From Eledone cirrhosa (taxonomy: Eukaryota), in contig OZ024759.1 of assembly GCA_964016885.1 (NCBI GenBank), positions 15,996,001-16,060,000 of the forward strand: a stretch of 64,000 nt of DNA. The letters run 5' to 3'. Under the pieces are notes generated by a model that ran no database searches, was not told where the DNA came from, and worked only from the letters and a program-made list of their open reading frames with translations. Shown piece after piece: positions 15,198 to 25,599 of the stretch (positions within the stretch are counted from its first letter, which is position 1; each line of letters opens with the position of its first letter). A program made the translations under genes and the position numbers.

Positions 15198-16813
15198 GCA
15201 ACAATAAAGACAGCAAAAACAACAACAACACAAACGTCACAAGTATCCACACACGAAACGAGAAAGACAACAACAACAACAAAGATGAAAACAACTCAAA
15301 CGACGAGAAACAAAACAATACTAATATCCAAAACGAAAACAAAATATCTTTTGCACAAACGGCTAAATTATCAGTCGCTTATGTGCTGGAAGATATTTCA
15401 AAAGCAAAAGAAATGCTGGAAAAAGCCAAGAAATATGTGTCTTTTGGCGAAAACGGATCGTTTTCTATACATTCACCTCCGGAGCTAAAAAGACAGACGG
15501 AATTACGAACTGTCGTATTCCGAACAATTTTAAATAAAACAAAGAAACCAGCGCAACCATCTCAAGCAGAAACTCAGTTAGTCTTGAAAGACGCGATGAG
15601 AGACATCACTTTCATACAAAAGGATAAACTCTATGGGAGTTTATCCATATTGATGAAAGACGAATTGGCGGCAAAAAAATACTCTGTGTCGCCAATTCGG
15701 TCCACACACTACACCTTCTTCCCCACCTACATGGGTAAAAAAACCCAGAGGATATGGATAACCACCATCACCCCAAACATAAACTACTGGTGGTTACTAA
15801 CCGGTTTCCTCAATTTAGACGAGGACAACCTCATCTCAATAGGGAAGGCATCCGGCGACGCGTTCAGTGGAACGAGCCTCGAAGTTCTGACCCAAATAAG
15901 GCCAGAACGCATCGCCCAAATCCCTGAGCGCGTCATGCTGGATGACCGTACCCACCTCAACATTATTGTGGAGGGTAGGCGTCCCTCCTGTTACCTCTGT
16001 GGCAATAGAGGTCACCTGAGGGCTGCCTGTCCCCAGCTCACACAGAAAAAAACACTGCTACCAACACCAACACCACCCCAACTACAACAACAAAAACAAC
16101 CACAACAACAACAAAAACCAACAACCCCACCACCACCACCACCACAACAACAACAACAACAAACACGTGAAAAAATAACACAGAATACTGTCCCACCCAA
16201 TCCCTCCCCACCCAAAACAAATACAAAAACACGCACACCGCAAACACTACCAGAAAACATACCCCTCCCACCCAACAAGGAAGACGAACCTCTTTCGTCG
16301 CAAGACGAAAAAGATCCCTTCCAACAAGTAAAAAGAAAGAAGAGGAGACGCACCACAGACACACATGTTAACTTTAACCCCCCCCAAGAGAACACAAACT
16401 ACACACAAACCACCCCTCCCTGTCACACAACACTAACTGCTACACAAAAAAAGACCTTACAATACACATACATGAACACAGACAACAAAGAATTACGGAA
16501 AACAATTTCAGCAAACCCTTCGGTCCAAACTGAAGGGCCAAACTTTATAACTGCTGTGGGACTACCTCATTTGAAAATGATAAAAGTCCCAATGCACTTG
16601 TACAAAACACTGAAAATAAATTTCACGGAGGACGTGGGCCCCCCCTGCGCCAAACCAATCAACCGCGTCCTCCTAAAAAATTTCACCCCCCCCACCCCAC
16701 CCAGACACCCACTCAACGACAAACACCCCAACCCCACAACACACCGATGCCCCTTCACTTCCACAAACCACAACCCCACCCAACAACCCATCCCCAACCA
16801 GCATGGAAATTGA
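14990..16813 (+). CDS. LINE ORF1 (gag-like, CCHC zinc knuckle, probable RRM, poly-N/Q/P linkers)
   Basis: First ATG at 14990. IIVEGRRPSCYLCGNRGHLRAAC knuckle; basic stretch VKRKKRRR; lies upstream of ORF2. Confidence 0.88.
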
Positions 16814-16868
16814 GCGGCCCGTTTCCCGGGACGCAGAGAGGTAAGTGCCTTTTCTCTTTACCACCAAC

Positions 16869-19800
16869 ATGGCTGTGCTAAGAGTAGGGTGTCTAAATGC
16901 GCGTGGCCTGGGCTCGTCTTGGAAGCAAGCAATGCTTCTAAATGACCTCAGGTCACAATCTATAAATGTGATGGTTATCTGCGAGGCCCGGATCAGCAGC
17001 ATGCGACAGCTAGCCCCCACCTTTGACGACTTTGAGATGCACGCATCTCTCTGTCAGCCCGGAGGTGGGGGTGGGGTTGTCGTTCTGCTGCAAAAACATA
17101 TGGGCCTTGCAACACAGATAGTTCACTTGGACCCAGGGGGTCGACTGGTGGTGCTGGACCTTGGCAGTGGTGAAGGTAGAGCCCTTAGGCTGATAGCCGC
17201 ATATGCCCCTTTTGGGACAGAGCGGCCCGACTTTTTCCAGCGTCTGGAGTCTTTTCTAGGGACGTCCCGTTCCCTGCTTTTAGTGGGGGATTGGAATGGT
17301 ATCCTGGATGCACGTTGGGACTATGCAGGGGCATGTCCCGATAGAGAGGGGTGCAACAGCCTCAAGGGGTTACTCGGCCGATTTGACCTGGCCGATAGAT
17401 TTCGACTAGATTTTCCGACGGTGCCAACCTGGTCTTGGTCAAATCGCAGCGGATCATCTAGATCGTACCTAGACAGATTTTTAGTTAGAAATAAGGACAG
17501 GGACTTTTTAAGTTGTCCAGAAATGCTCATGGTTGGCTATTCAGACCACAAGTTGGTGACCTGCATGGTCAACCTTGATAGAACGCATAGACAGGGCCCC
17601 GGTTACTGGAAGCTCAACTTGTCCTTGCCGGCAAGTAGAGCCTACAGGAATCGGATTAGTACGTTAGTTAAGGAACGGTTGACTGGAGCGATCGTCAACA
17701 GCAGGTGGTGGGTATCTCTAAAGAGAGAGATTAGAGTAGTCTCCATTGAATTTAGTAAGGTTCTAGCTGCGGATAGGAATAGGAAGGAAAGGGAGCTAAT
17801 AGATAGAGTAGAAGAGGCAATTAGAAGCGGCGACGTGGCCAGAGTGCTAGCGTCGAGAACGGCTTTGAGCCAGTTTTTCGACGCGAAGCACGAAGGCTGC
17901 GTTGTCCGAAGTAAAATACGTGCTCTAGGGAACGAGGGGGCCAAAGCTGTTAGCTGGGCCCGCGTGACAGAGGCCAACAGTGGAACTAAATCCACCATCC
18001 GGTCTTTGCGAGACCTGGATGGACGGGCGATTCTTGAGCCTAAGCAGATGTGTGAGGCCTTTCAAAGGCACTTTGCCCGACTGTTCGGGAGGGGCGGGGA
18101 GCCGGTTGGAAACGTGGACTTCGGTCCATACCTCGACGGCCTGCCGCGCCTCTCGGACAGGGAGGCGAAGTCTTGCGAGGAGCCGATTTCGGCCGCTGAG
18201 ATAGAGAACGTGCTGGGCCAATGCGGCAAACGCAAATCCCCGGGTCTCGATGGTCTTCCTTACGAATTATATCTAGCTATGCCGGACTTGTTCCCCGATC
18301 TCCTCGAGGCGGTCTACTGCAACTGGCAACAGAACGGGAGAATTCCCTGTACTGTGACCAAGGGCGTAGTCACGCTAGTGAGGAAGGACGAGAACAAGGG
18401 GGACGAAATAAGTAACTTCAGGCCCATAACTCTGCTAAATACAGAGTTACAGATTTTGGCCAAGGTGCTAGCAAAGAGGTTGGCGCTTGTCGTGGGCAAC
18501 CTGGTGGGAGATGCGCAGACATGCGCTATCCCGTCCAGGTCCATCCATGACAACCTCCACCTCATGCGATACATCATAGAGAGGGTTGGGAACGAACCCG
18601 GCTTTGGTGGGGCTCTGATCAACTTGGATCAATCTAAGGCGTTCGATAGGGTCGACCATGGTTACCTGGATGCGGTGCTAGCGGCGGCAGGCTTCGGACC
18701 CGTTTTCAGGGGCTGGATCACTGCTATGCACAGCAGCCGCATCTGCTCTAGGGTCAAGGTGAATGGCTACCTCTCGGAGCCGTTCAAAATCGCGCGGTCC
18801 ATCCGACAAGGGTGCCCTCTCTCCTCCCTTCTGTATGTGTTGACTCTCGAGCCACTACTGCGGAAGTTGGAGTTGTTGCAGGGCATCCCTTTGGAACCGG
18901 GATTGCGGAAAGCGGTGTCAGCCTACGCCGATGATGTGACAGTAATGGTGTCGACGGCCTCCGAAATCGAGGCGGTCGGCACCTTACTGGAGGAGTACGA
19001 AAAGTTCACAGGGGCTAAGCTGAACCGGGACAAGTCGATCGGTTTGCAACTCGGCACGTGGAGGGGCAGACCGATGCCCTCCGATGGCGTCGTCGGACGC
19101 TGGACGGAGGGCCCGGTGAAGTTGCTCGGGGTCTGGTTCGGACCGGACCTCCAGGTGGAGAAAAACTGGGCGGAGGTTACGAACAGGGTGTTTGCACTGA
19201 CCCAGAAGTGGGCCAGTTGCAAACTATCCCTGAAAGGTCGGGCGGAGGTGGCGAACACTTATATAGCGTCCGTCATCTACTACCGCCTGACTGTAGTGCC
19301 CTGCCCAAGGGAAACCCTCACCAAGATGGAGCGCGCGCTCTTCCAATTCCTTTGGAAGGGGCGGGCTCCTATGGTGAGGAGATCCATCTGCTGTCAACAC
19401 CCTTCGAAAGGAGGGCTGGGGATGCCGTGGCTAATGATGCGTAAACACGCATTAAGGCTACGGCACCTCTACGTATTCCTCACCGGACAACCGGTGTGGG
19501 CCTCGTTTGTGAGACGAACCTTTCCCAGACTCGTCTCACTCACCGAGCTGCAATCCTGGGTCAAGCAGAGACCGAGAAAACTGGGCGCCTGGCACACTGA
19601 GTGTGCCCAGGCGCTCACCGCCCTCTGGCAGGCGGATCCGGTTATCAGTGGAGACTCCACCGCAACATTCTATAGAGGGCTGGTACGCAGCAGATGCGAC
19701 GACGCCCTTGGAGAAGCCCTAGACATGGAGGAGGACGAACTGGCCAGCCTGTTCGGTAGGACATTCAGCCCGGGACCTATGGACAACTTCCAGAAGTCCC

Positions 19801-20306
19801 TGGCCTGGCAGTGCTACCGAGGGGCTTTACCCGTTCGAGAAAGGCTCTACAGACACGGGCGCCCGGGTAGGGACCCCGCCAAAAAGATCTGTCCCAGATG
19901 CGTGTGCGACGAGGAAACCGTTGCACACGCATTAGTACACTGCTCGGGCATTGCCGATCTGTGGGGCTATGTCGAACAACTGCTGTCAAGGGTGGGACCG
20001 ATCCGGTTGACCACCGAGTCTATTGTAATGATCAAGCCGCCTCCCCCCTTCAAAGATGAAGCAGAGGCGGTGTTTCTGTGCGTAATAGCCATGGCGAAAG
20101 AGGTTGTATGGTGGACGCGTCTGAAAGGACTGAGGTCAGGCACCTTTCTCTCTGGCCAACAACTGGTCCGTTTCTTCCGATATCATTTCGGAAGAAGGAT
20201 CAGGATGGAGAGAGAGGTGCTGCACCCCAGTCGTTTTTATGAAAGGTGGGTGAAAGTGGCGAGAATGGCCCGTGTGAATGGGCCTTCTCTTTACATAAGC
20301 CTGTAG
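16869..20306 (+). CDS. LINE ORF2: APE endonuclease + reverse transcriptase + C-terminal zinc finger
   Basis: APE motifs LNARGL, ICE, YAP, GDWN, YLDR, SDHK; GPGYWKLN; RT motifs KSPGLDGL, FRPITLLN, LDQSKAFDRV, RQGCPLS, YADD, LLGV; zinc finger CPRCVCDEETVAHALVHC. No stops. Confidence 0.96.
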   Translation: MAVLRVGCLNARGLGSSWKQAMLLNDLRSQSINVMVICEARISSMRQLAPTFDDFEMHASLCQPGGGGGVVVLLQKHMGLATQIVHLDPGGRLVVLDLGSGEGRALRLIAAYAPFGTERPDFFQRLESFLGTSRSLLLVGDWNGILDARWDYAGACPDREGCNSLKGLLGRFDLADRFRLDFPTVPTWSWSNRSGSSRSYLDRFLVRNKDRDFLSCPEMLMVGYSDHKLVTCMVNLDRTHRQGPGYWKLNLSLPASRAYRNRISTLVKERLTGAIVNSRWWVSLKREIRVVSIEFSKVLAADRNRKERELIDRVEEAIRSGDVARVLASRTALSQFFDAKHEGCVVRSKIRALGNEGAKAVSWARVTEANSGTKSTIRSLRDLDGRAILEPKQMCEAFQRHFARLFGRGGEPVGNVDFGPYLDGLPRLSDREAKSCEEPISAAEIENVLGQCGKRKSPGLDGLPYELYLAMPDLFPDLLEAVYCNWQQNGRIPCTVTKGVVTLVRKDENKGDEISNFRPITLLNTELQILAKVLAKRLALVVGNLVGDAQTCAIPSRSIHDNLHLMRYIIERVGNEPGFGGALINLDQSKAFDRVDHGYLDAVLAAAGFGPVFRGWITAMHSSRICSRVKVNGYLSEPFKIARSIRQGCPLSSLLYVLTLEPLLRKLELLQGIPLEPGLRKAVSAYADDVTVMVSTASEIEAVGTLLEEYEKFTGAKLNRDKSIGLQLGTWRGRPMPSDGVVGRWTEGPVKLLGVWFGPDLQVEKNWAEVTNRVFALTQKWASCKLSLKGRAEVANTYIASVIYYRLTVVPCPRETLTKMERALFQFLWKGRAPMVRRSICCQHPSKGGLGMPWLMMRKHALRLRHLYVFLTGQPVWASFVRRTFPRLVSLTELQSWVKQRPRKLGAWHTECAQALTALWQADPVISGDSTATFYRGLVRSRCDDALGEALDMEEDELASLFGRTFSPGPMDNFQKSLAWQCYRGALPVRERLYRHGRPGRDPAKKICPRCVCDEETVAHALVHCSGIADLWGYVEQLLSRVGPIRLTTESIVMIKPPPPFKDEAEAVFLCVIAMAKEVVWWTRLKGLRSGTFLSGQQLVRFFRYHFGRRIRMEREVLHPSRFYERWVKVARMARVNGPSLYISL

Positions 20307-20580
20307 GTGGAAAAGAGGAAGGAACGAGGGAGCACCCCCTCTCTGTGCTCCTGAGGAAAAGGGTTGCACACTTTTTTCGGGGGTGTGTGCGACCCCCCAA
20401 GGCGCCTCCTCTCTATTGAGGATTTTGTTAAAAATTTTATTTTTGTTATATCTTATTTTATTTTTATATTTTGTTATTGCCTCCTCCTTATTGAGGACGC
20501 CTTTTTGTGTAAACTCCCCCCTTTGTACTTGTCCCACTTTTGATGCCCTAGTGGCAAATAAAAGAAACTTATCTCTCTCT

Positions 20581-21095
20581 GTAAGGATCAAACCGCCAGA
20601 CTCTTTCAAAAACGAAAGAGAGGCGGTTTTCCTCTGTACGGTGGCTATGGTGAAAGAAGTTATATGATGGACGAGGTTGAGAGGACTGAGGACAGATGCC
20701 TTTCTCTCCGGACAACAATTGATTCCCTTCTTTAAGTATCACTTTAGAAGGAGAATCAGGGTGGAGAGAGAGGCACTGCACCCCAGTAAATTTACTGAAA
20801 GGTGGGTGAATGAAGCGAAAATGGCCCGAGTGATTGGGCCTTCTCTGTTTATAAGCCTGTAGGTTGAGGAAGAGAGCAAAGGGAAGAAAGGAGCACTTGC
20901 ACAACACGCTCCTCGAGTTGAGGGTTGTTCTATCGACGGGGTATGAAACAACCCATTTGTGGCGCCTCCCCCCTATTGGGGATTTCGATTGTTGAAATTG
21001 TTTGTTTTTATATTTTTTACACGACTGTATGTAAAATCCCCGGCATGTCTTTGTATTGTCCCCTTTCTTGTTGCGCCCTTGTGGCTAATAAAGAA
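20581..21095 (+). pseudogene. Older 5'-truncated Tx1 relative (ORF2 C-terminus + 3' UTR)
   Basis: IKPPDSFKNEREAVFLCTVAMVKEVI*WTRLRGLR..FLSGQQL..ARVIGPSLFISL aligns to the ORF2 end and has an internal TGA. Outer TSD ATCTATCTATCT(C/T)TCTCT at 14753-14770 and 21096-21113. Confidence 0.9.
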
Positions 21096-22295
21096 ATCTA
21101 TCTATCTTTCTCTGGTAGAAATCTGAGCAAAGACAAAGGACGAAAAGCATATTGACCTCGCTGATGCCAGAACTCAATACACGGAGTGCTGGAGTAGATC
21201 TGACGTTCTCTAGCATCTCTGTCAATTCGTTACAATATCGATTATGTAATCAATGGTTTTTTTAATGTTTTAATTACATCCTCTTATATTTACAATCAAA
21301 AGCAATCGATCAAACAATCAATGGACTCCTCCTCGTCTTCCTCCTCCTGCGCGAAAGCTTCTTTAACCAATCAATTCATTATTGCTGTTCTGAGGGCACG
21401 ATGGATTGGTAATAATCGGTAGAGCGTCGGACAACATGCTTTGTGGCATTGAGTTACGCCCCGACATTATCATACAGAACAAGCAACAAAATTAGATAAA
21501 AAAAAAGAAAATATTGGTTGACAATACTCTAATTCCATATAGAAGTCGGGCCCGTCTCCAAAAAGGGGGCATGGGGTGGTACTGACCTCCACCCCTATTT
21601 ATTAATGTTGTACCCTTAGATTTTGGAAAATTTATGGTAATATCTTTATTTCGAAACTCCGCCTGATAATTATTTTCGATTTAGATGGCTAGCCCTGGAA
21701 TGGCCCGAAGCCCCCTAATCAAGTCCCTACATCATACCCCAACCCCACTCTACTACCCCCACCCAACTACTGCCACCCCACTACTCCTACCCCACTATCC
21801 CACACATCCCAACACTACACCACACCACCTCATCACCAAATCATACACGTCACCCACACTACACCACACCACCTCATCACAAAACATACACTCACCACAT
21901 ACTCCACACCAATAGCACTTCACCTCCACACCCAACACCACCCAACACCACCCAACCCCCACGCCACCCCTACTAACCCCTTCCCTATCCCGAGCACTAA
22001 AGCCTGGTGACGGAGCTGATAGAATCCCACTCAAAACGAAGGGAGCAACTATGCAGGGTTTACTTACACACAAATAAAAGTAACGTAGCTAGGTGAAAGG
22101 GCGGGGCAGGTCGAACAAGGGGGTCCCGTCCCGGGCGACACTTCAATGGCGAGCAACCCTATTGGGTTAGTTATATTTTCAAATAAGTAGAGGTCCGCAG
22201 AGCGGAGGGTTTGCGACAAACTCAAGGGCTTCCCCCGGCAAGGCACACATGCTCTAGCTAAGCTACTGACAGATAAAACATAAACGTTACGAGTG

Positions 22296-22646
22296 TACGA
22301 GGGTCGACTGAAACGTTCATAGGGTGACCAAGATACTCTCATGGAATGACCAAATGAGGTTTATTTTTCAACATAGTCCCTGGAAAGAAACGATGCAGTT
22401 ATTGATAAGAAGGGTTGAAATTAATGCACGCAAGATTTCACAGCTCTAGCATCACTCCTTCATAGTTAGCCTATGACCAAGATACTCCCATGGAATAACC
22501 AAATGAGGTTTATTTTTCAACATAACCCCTAGAAAGAAAAGATGCAATTATTAATAAAAAGAGTTGAAATTAATGCATGCAAGATTTCACAGCCCTTGCA
22601 TCACTCCTTCATAGTCAGTCTAGGAAATTTTCAGCTGATCCTCGTA
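22296..22646 (+). mobile_element. Mariner-type MITE with internal ~148-bp duplication
   Basis: TA-CGAGGGTCGACTGAAA...TTTCAGCTGATCCTCG-TA termini; TGACCAAGATACTC block occurs twice. Relatives at 38510-38574, 39889-40027, 40285-40457 and 45028-45409. Confidence 0.75.
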
Positions 22647-22959
22647 TATTATTCGCTCGTGGCATCAGAATACCGAACGCTATGCACATGTGTTACAATA
22701 TCAATTATACGTGGTAAAAAAAAAAATTTATGAATAAAATTTATAAATATTAACTTACAGATTCTCTGAAGAATTTTCGTTAACCATTGTTGTCATTTTT
22801 TTTTCGCAGAATAGTAGGTAAAGTCCATGATATTTTTTAACATAATTTAAAGTGATATGTTATTTACTAAGAAAAGGTTGTTGGGTATTTTTCGGTGCAA
22901 TCAAATAGCGTTCTCTTGCACTAAAAGTGCCCCGGATATTTTTATGCTAAATGTCTCGC

Positions 22960-24135
22960 AGTTCGATTCCCGCCGAGGTTAACTTTGCCTTTTATCCTTA
23001 CAGGGTCGATAAAATAAAGTACCAGTAATGCACTAGGGTAATTGCTGGCCTTGTGCCAATAGTAGAAACAATTATAATTATTGTTTTTTTTCTTTTGGTA
23101 CAAGGCCAGCAATTACCCAGTGCATTACTGGTACTTTTATTTTATCGACCCTGTAAGGATGAAAGGCAAAGTTAACCTCGGCGGGATTTGAACCCAGTCC
23201 ATAAAGAAACAATTATAATTACGATTATTATTTGCAGTGTCGGTAGAGGGTCGGACGCCATGCTTTGACGTATAGAGTTACGGCCCTTGCCATTCTGAGT
23301 TCAAATCCCGCCGAGGTTAACTTTGCCTTTCATCTTTTCGGGGTCGATAAAATAAAGTACCAGTAATGTACTGGATAATTACTGGCCATGTGCCAAAAGT
23401 ATAAACAATTACTTGGTTACGTTGGGTACCTGAGTTAACCCTGGGTGGTTATCCCCCCCCCCTATTGGGGAATTTTTCATTGATGTATTTTTCTTGTTAC
23501 TTTGTTATTGTTATTTATATTTTTACACGTTTTCCATGTAAACCTCCCTCTGTCCCTGTCTAGTGTTTGGCCCCTATATGTCGGCCCTTGTGGCCAATAA
23601 ATGAAACCATCATTTGGTTACGTTGAGCTCAACTCCTGCCGACGTTAGCTTTGTCTTTCTTTTTTACGGGGTGGATAATATAAAGTACCAGTAATGTACT
23701 GGAGTCGATTTAATCGACTTTTCCCTCTCCCCAAATTACTGGCCTTGTGCCTTAATCAGAAACCATTATTTGGCCATGTTGAGAGGGTGGTGGATTGGCA
23801 GTATCGGTGGAGGGTCGGACGTCATGCTTTCCAGCATAGTTACGTCCCTTTACGATCTGAGTTCAAATCCCGCCGAGGTTGACTTTGCCTTTCATCCTTA
23901 CGGGGTCGATAAAATAAAGTACCAGTAATGCACTGGATAATTGCTGGCCTTGTGCCTTAATCAGAAACCATTATTTGGCCATGTTGAGCTCAAATCCCAC
24001 CGACATTAGCTTTGCCTTTCTTTTTTACGGGGTCGATAAAATAAAGTACCAGTAATGTACTGCGGTCGGTTTAATCGACTCCCCCCCCCCCCCTTCCTAC
24101 CAAAAAAAAAATTTGCTGGCCTTGTGCCTTATTGT
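22960..24135 (+). mobile_element. Stacked array of about 6 Meta/MESC-like SINEs (one inverted, 23081-23200)
   Basis: Repeated B-box GAGTTCAAATCCC, core CCTTTCATCCTTACGGGGTCGATAAAATAAAGTACC and tail GGCCTTGTGCC..AGAAACA/CATTATT. Confidence 0.9.
23425..23613 (+). mobile_element. Tx1-family 3' UTR stub inserted in the SINE array
   Basis: CCCCCCTATTGGGGA..T-rich..GTAAACCTCCC..GCCCTTGTGGCCAATAAA matches the 3' UTR layout at 20968-21095. 12-bp TSD TTGGTTACGTTG (23413-24, 23614-25). Confidence 0.7.
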
Positions 24136-24239
24136 TATTGTTATACCTACTGCTTTCCCATCGAAGTTGCTCCTTTTCCTTTACTCAATATAAACCCCGT
24201 TCTGTGTTGTTTTGCCCTTAAATTTGTCCCCCCAAGTCT

Positions 24240-25300
24240 TTGGGTGGTGGTGGCGTTGGTGGTGGTGGTGGTGGTGGTGGTGGTTCTTGTCGTTGTTGTC
24301 CTTGTCGTTGTTGTCGTTGTCGTTGTTGTTGTCGTTGTCGTTGTTGTTTCTTAGGGCAATATTTTTTCAGTTTATATTTTACAAAAGTTCCTTTTATCTC
24401 TTTGGAAATTATTAGGAAAATTATTTAAAATTTTTTTATTTGCTTTTGTTTTGTTTGTTTGTTGTAGTTTATTATGCTCCCATTGTTGTTGTTGTTGTTG
24501 TTGTTACTGTTGTTGTTGTGGTGGCTATTGTTACTGTTGTTGTTGTTGTTGCTGTTGTTATTGTTGTTGTTGTTGTTGTTGTTGCTGTTATTGTTGTTGT
24601 TGTTGATAGTGTTGTTGTTGTTGCTGTTGTTGTTGTTGATAGTGTTGTTGTTGTTGCTGCTGCTGTTGCTGTTGTTGTTGTTATTGCTGTTGTTGCTGTT
24701 GCTGTTGTTATTGTTGTTATTGATATTGTTGTCGTTGTTGCTGTTGTTGATAGTGTTGTTGTTGCTGTTGTTATTGTTGCTGCTGTTGTTGTTGTTGTTG
24801 CTGTTGTTGCTGTTGTTGACGTTGTCATTGTCGTTGCTATTGCTGTTACTGCTGTTGTCGCTGCTGTTGTTGTTGTTGTTGCTGCCATTGTTGTTGTTAC
24901 TTTTCGTCGTCTATTTTTTTTCTCTTTATTGTCATATCATTGTCACTGTTACCACTTTGTTGTTGTTGTTATTGTTTTCCTTGTTATTATTGTTGTTGTT
25001 GTTGTTGTTACCGCTGCCTGCTGCTGCTGCTGCTGCTGCTGCTGTTTCAGTATTCGAATGTTCTATATAAATTCATCGTTGAGATTCACAGCTACACTTT
25101 TTTTGTTATGTTTTATATATTGTTTTAATATTTTATTGTTTTCATTTCACTTTGCTATTGTTGTTGTTATTGTGTTGTTATTACATTTTACTTCGTTCCT
25201 ATTGTTGGCGGTATTGTTGCATTTTATTACCGTTATTGTTGTTATTATTAATATTAGTGTAGTAGTATTAGTTATTGTTGTTGTTGTTGTTGTTGTTGTT
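24240..25300. repeat. (GTT)n/(GCT)n/(GGT)n degenerate trinucleotide tracts
   Basis: Direct inspection. Confidence 0.9.
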
Positions 25301-25599
25301 TTCATAACTATCTCATTTCGATTGCAAAAATTTTAATTATTTTTACTAAAAGTTTAATTTTCATTTTTCATTTGTACATCGGTTTTATCAATAGAAGCCA
25401 TCAAAGATATCGATACAGCTTGAAGCAAGATGGCGTCTAAATTTAAAAAAAAAAAAAAATTATTGAATATCGATGTGACGTTGCCTTCAGCGAAATAGAT
25501 TTTTCATCTTGGCCTGAAGCTAAGATGAAATCGAATGCAAAATAGCTGACATATAGGAATCTAGCTTTTGTCTGAGAGGGTTTTCACAAAAGCATGCCT

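Larger units (their letters stand above)
14771..20569 (+). mobile_element. Full-length Tx1-clade (L1 superfamily) non-LTR retrotransposon
   Basis: About 220-bp 5' UTR, two intact ORFs, about 260-bp 3' UTR ending GCCCTAGTGGCAAATAAAAGAAAC. TSD TATCTCTCTCT at 14760-14770 and 20570-20580. Confidence 0.93.

Noticed and set aside
17321-20609. Antisense and alternate-frame ORFs inside Tx1 ORF2
   Set aside because: Short by-products of a GC-rich coding sequence with no motifs.
24440-25336. Poly-V/L/T membrane-like ORFs
   Set aside because: (GTT)n low-complexity sequence.
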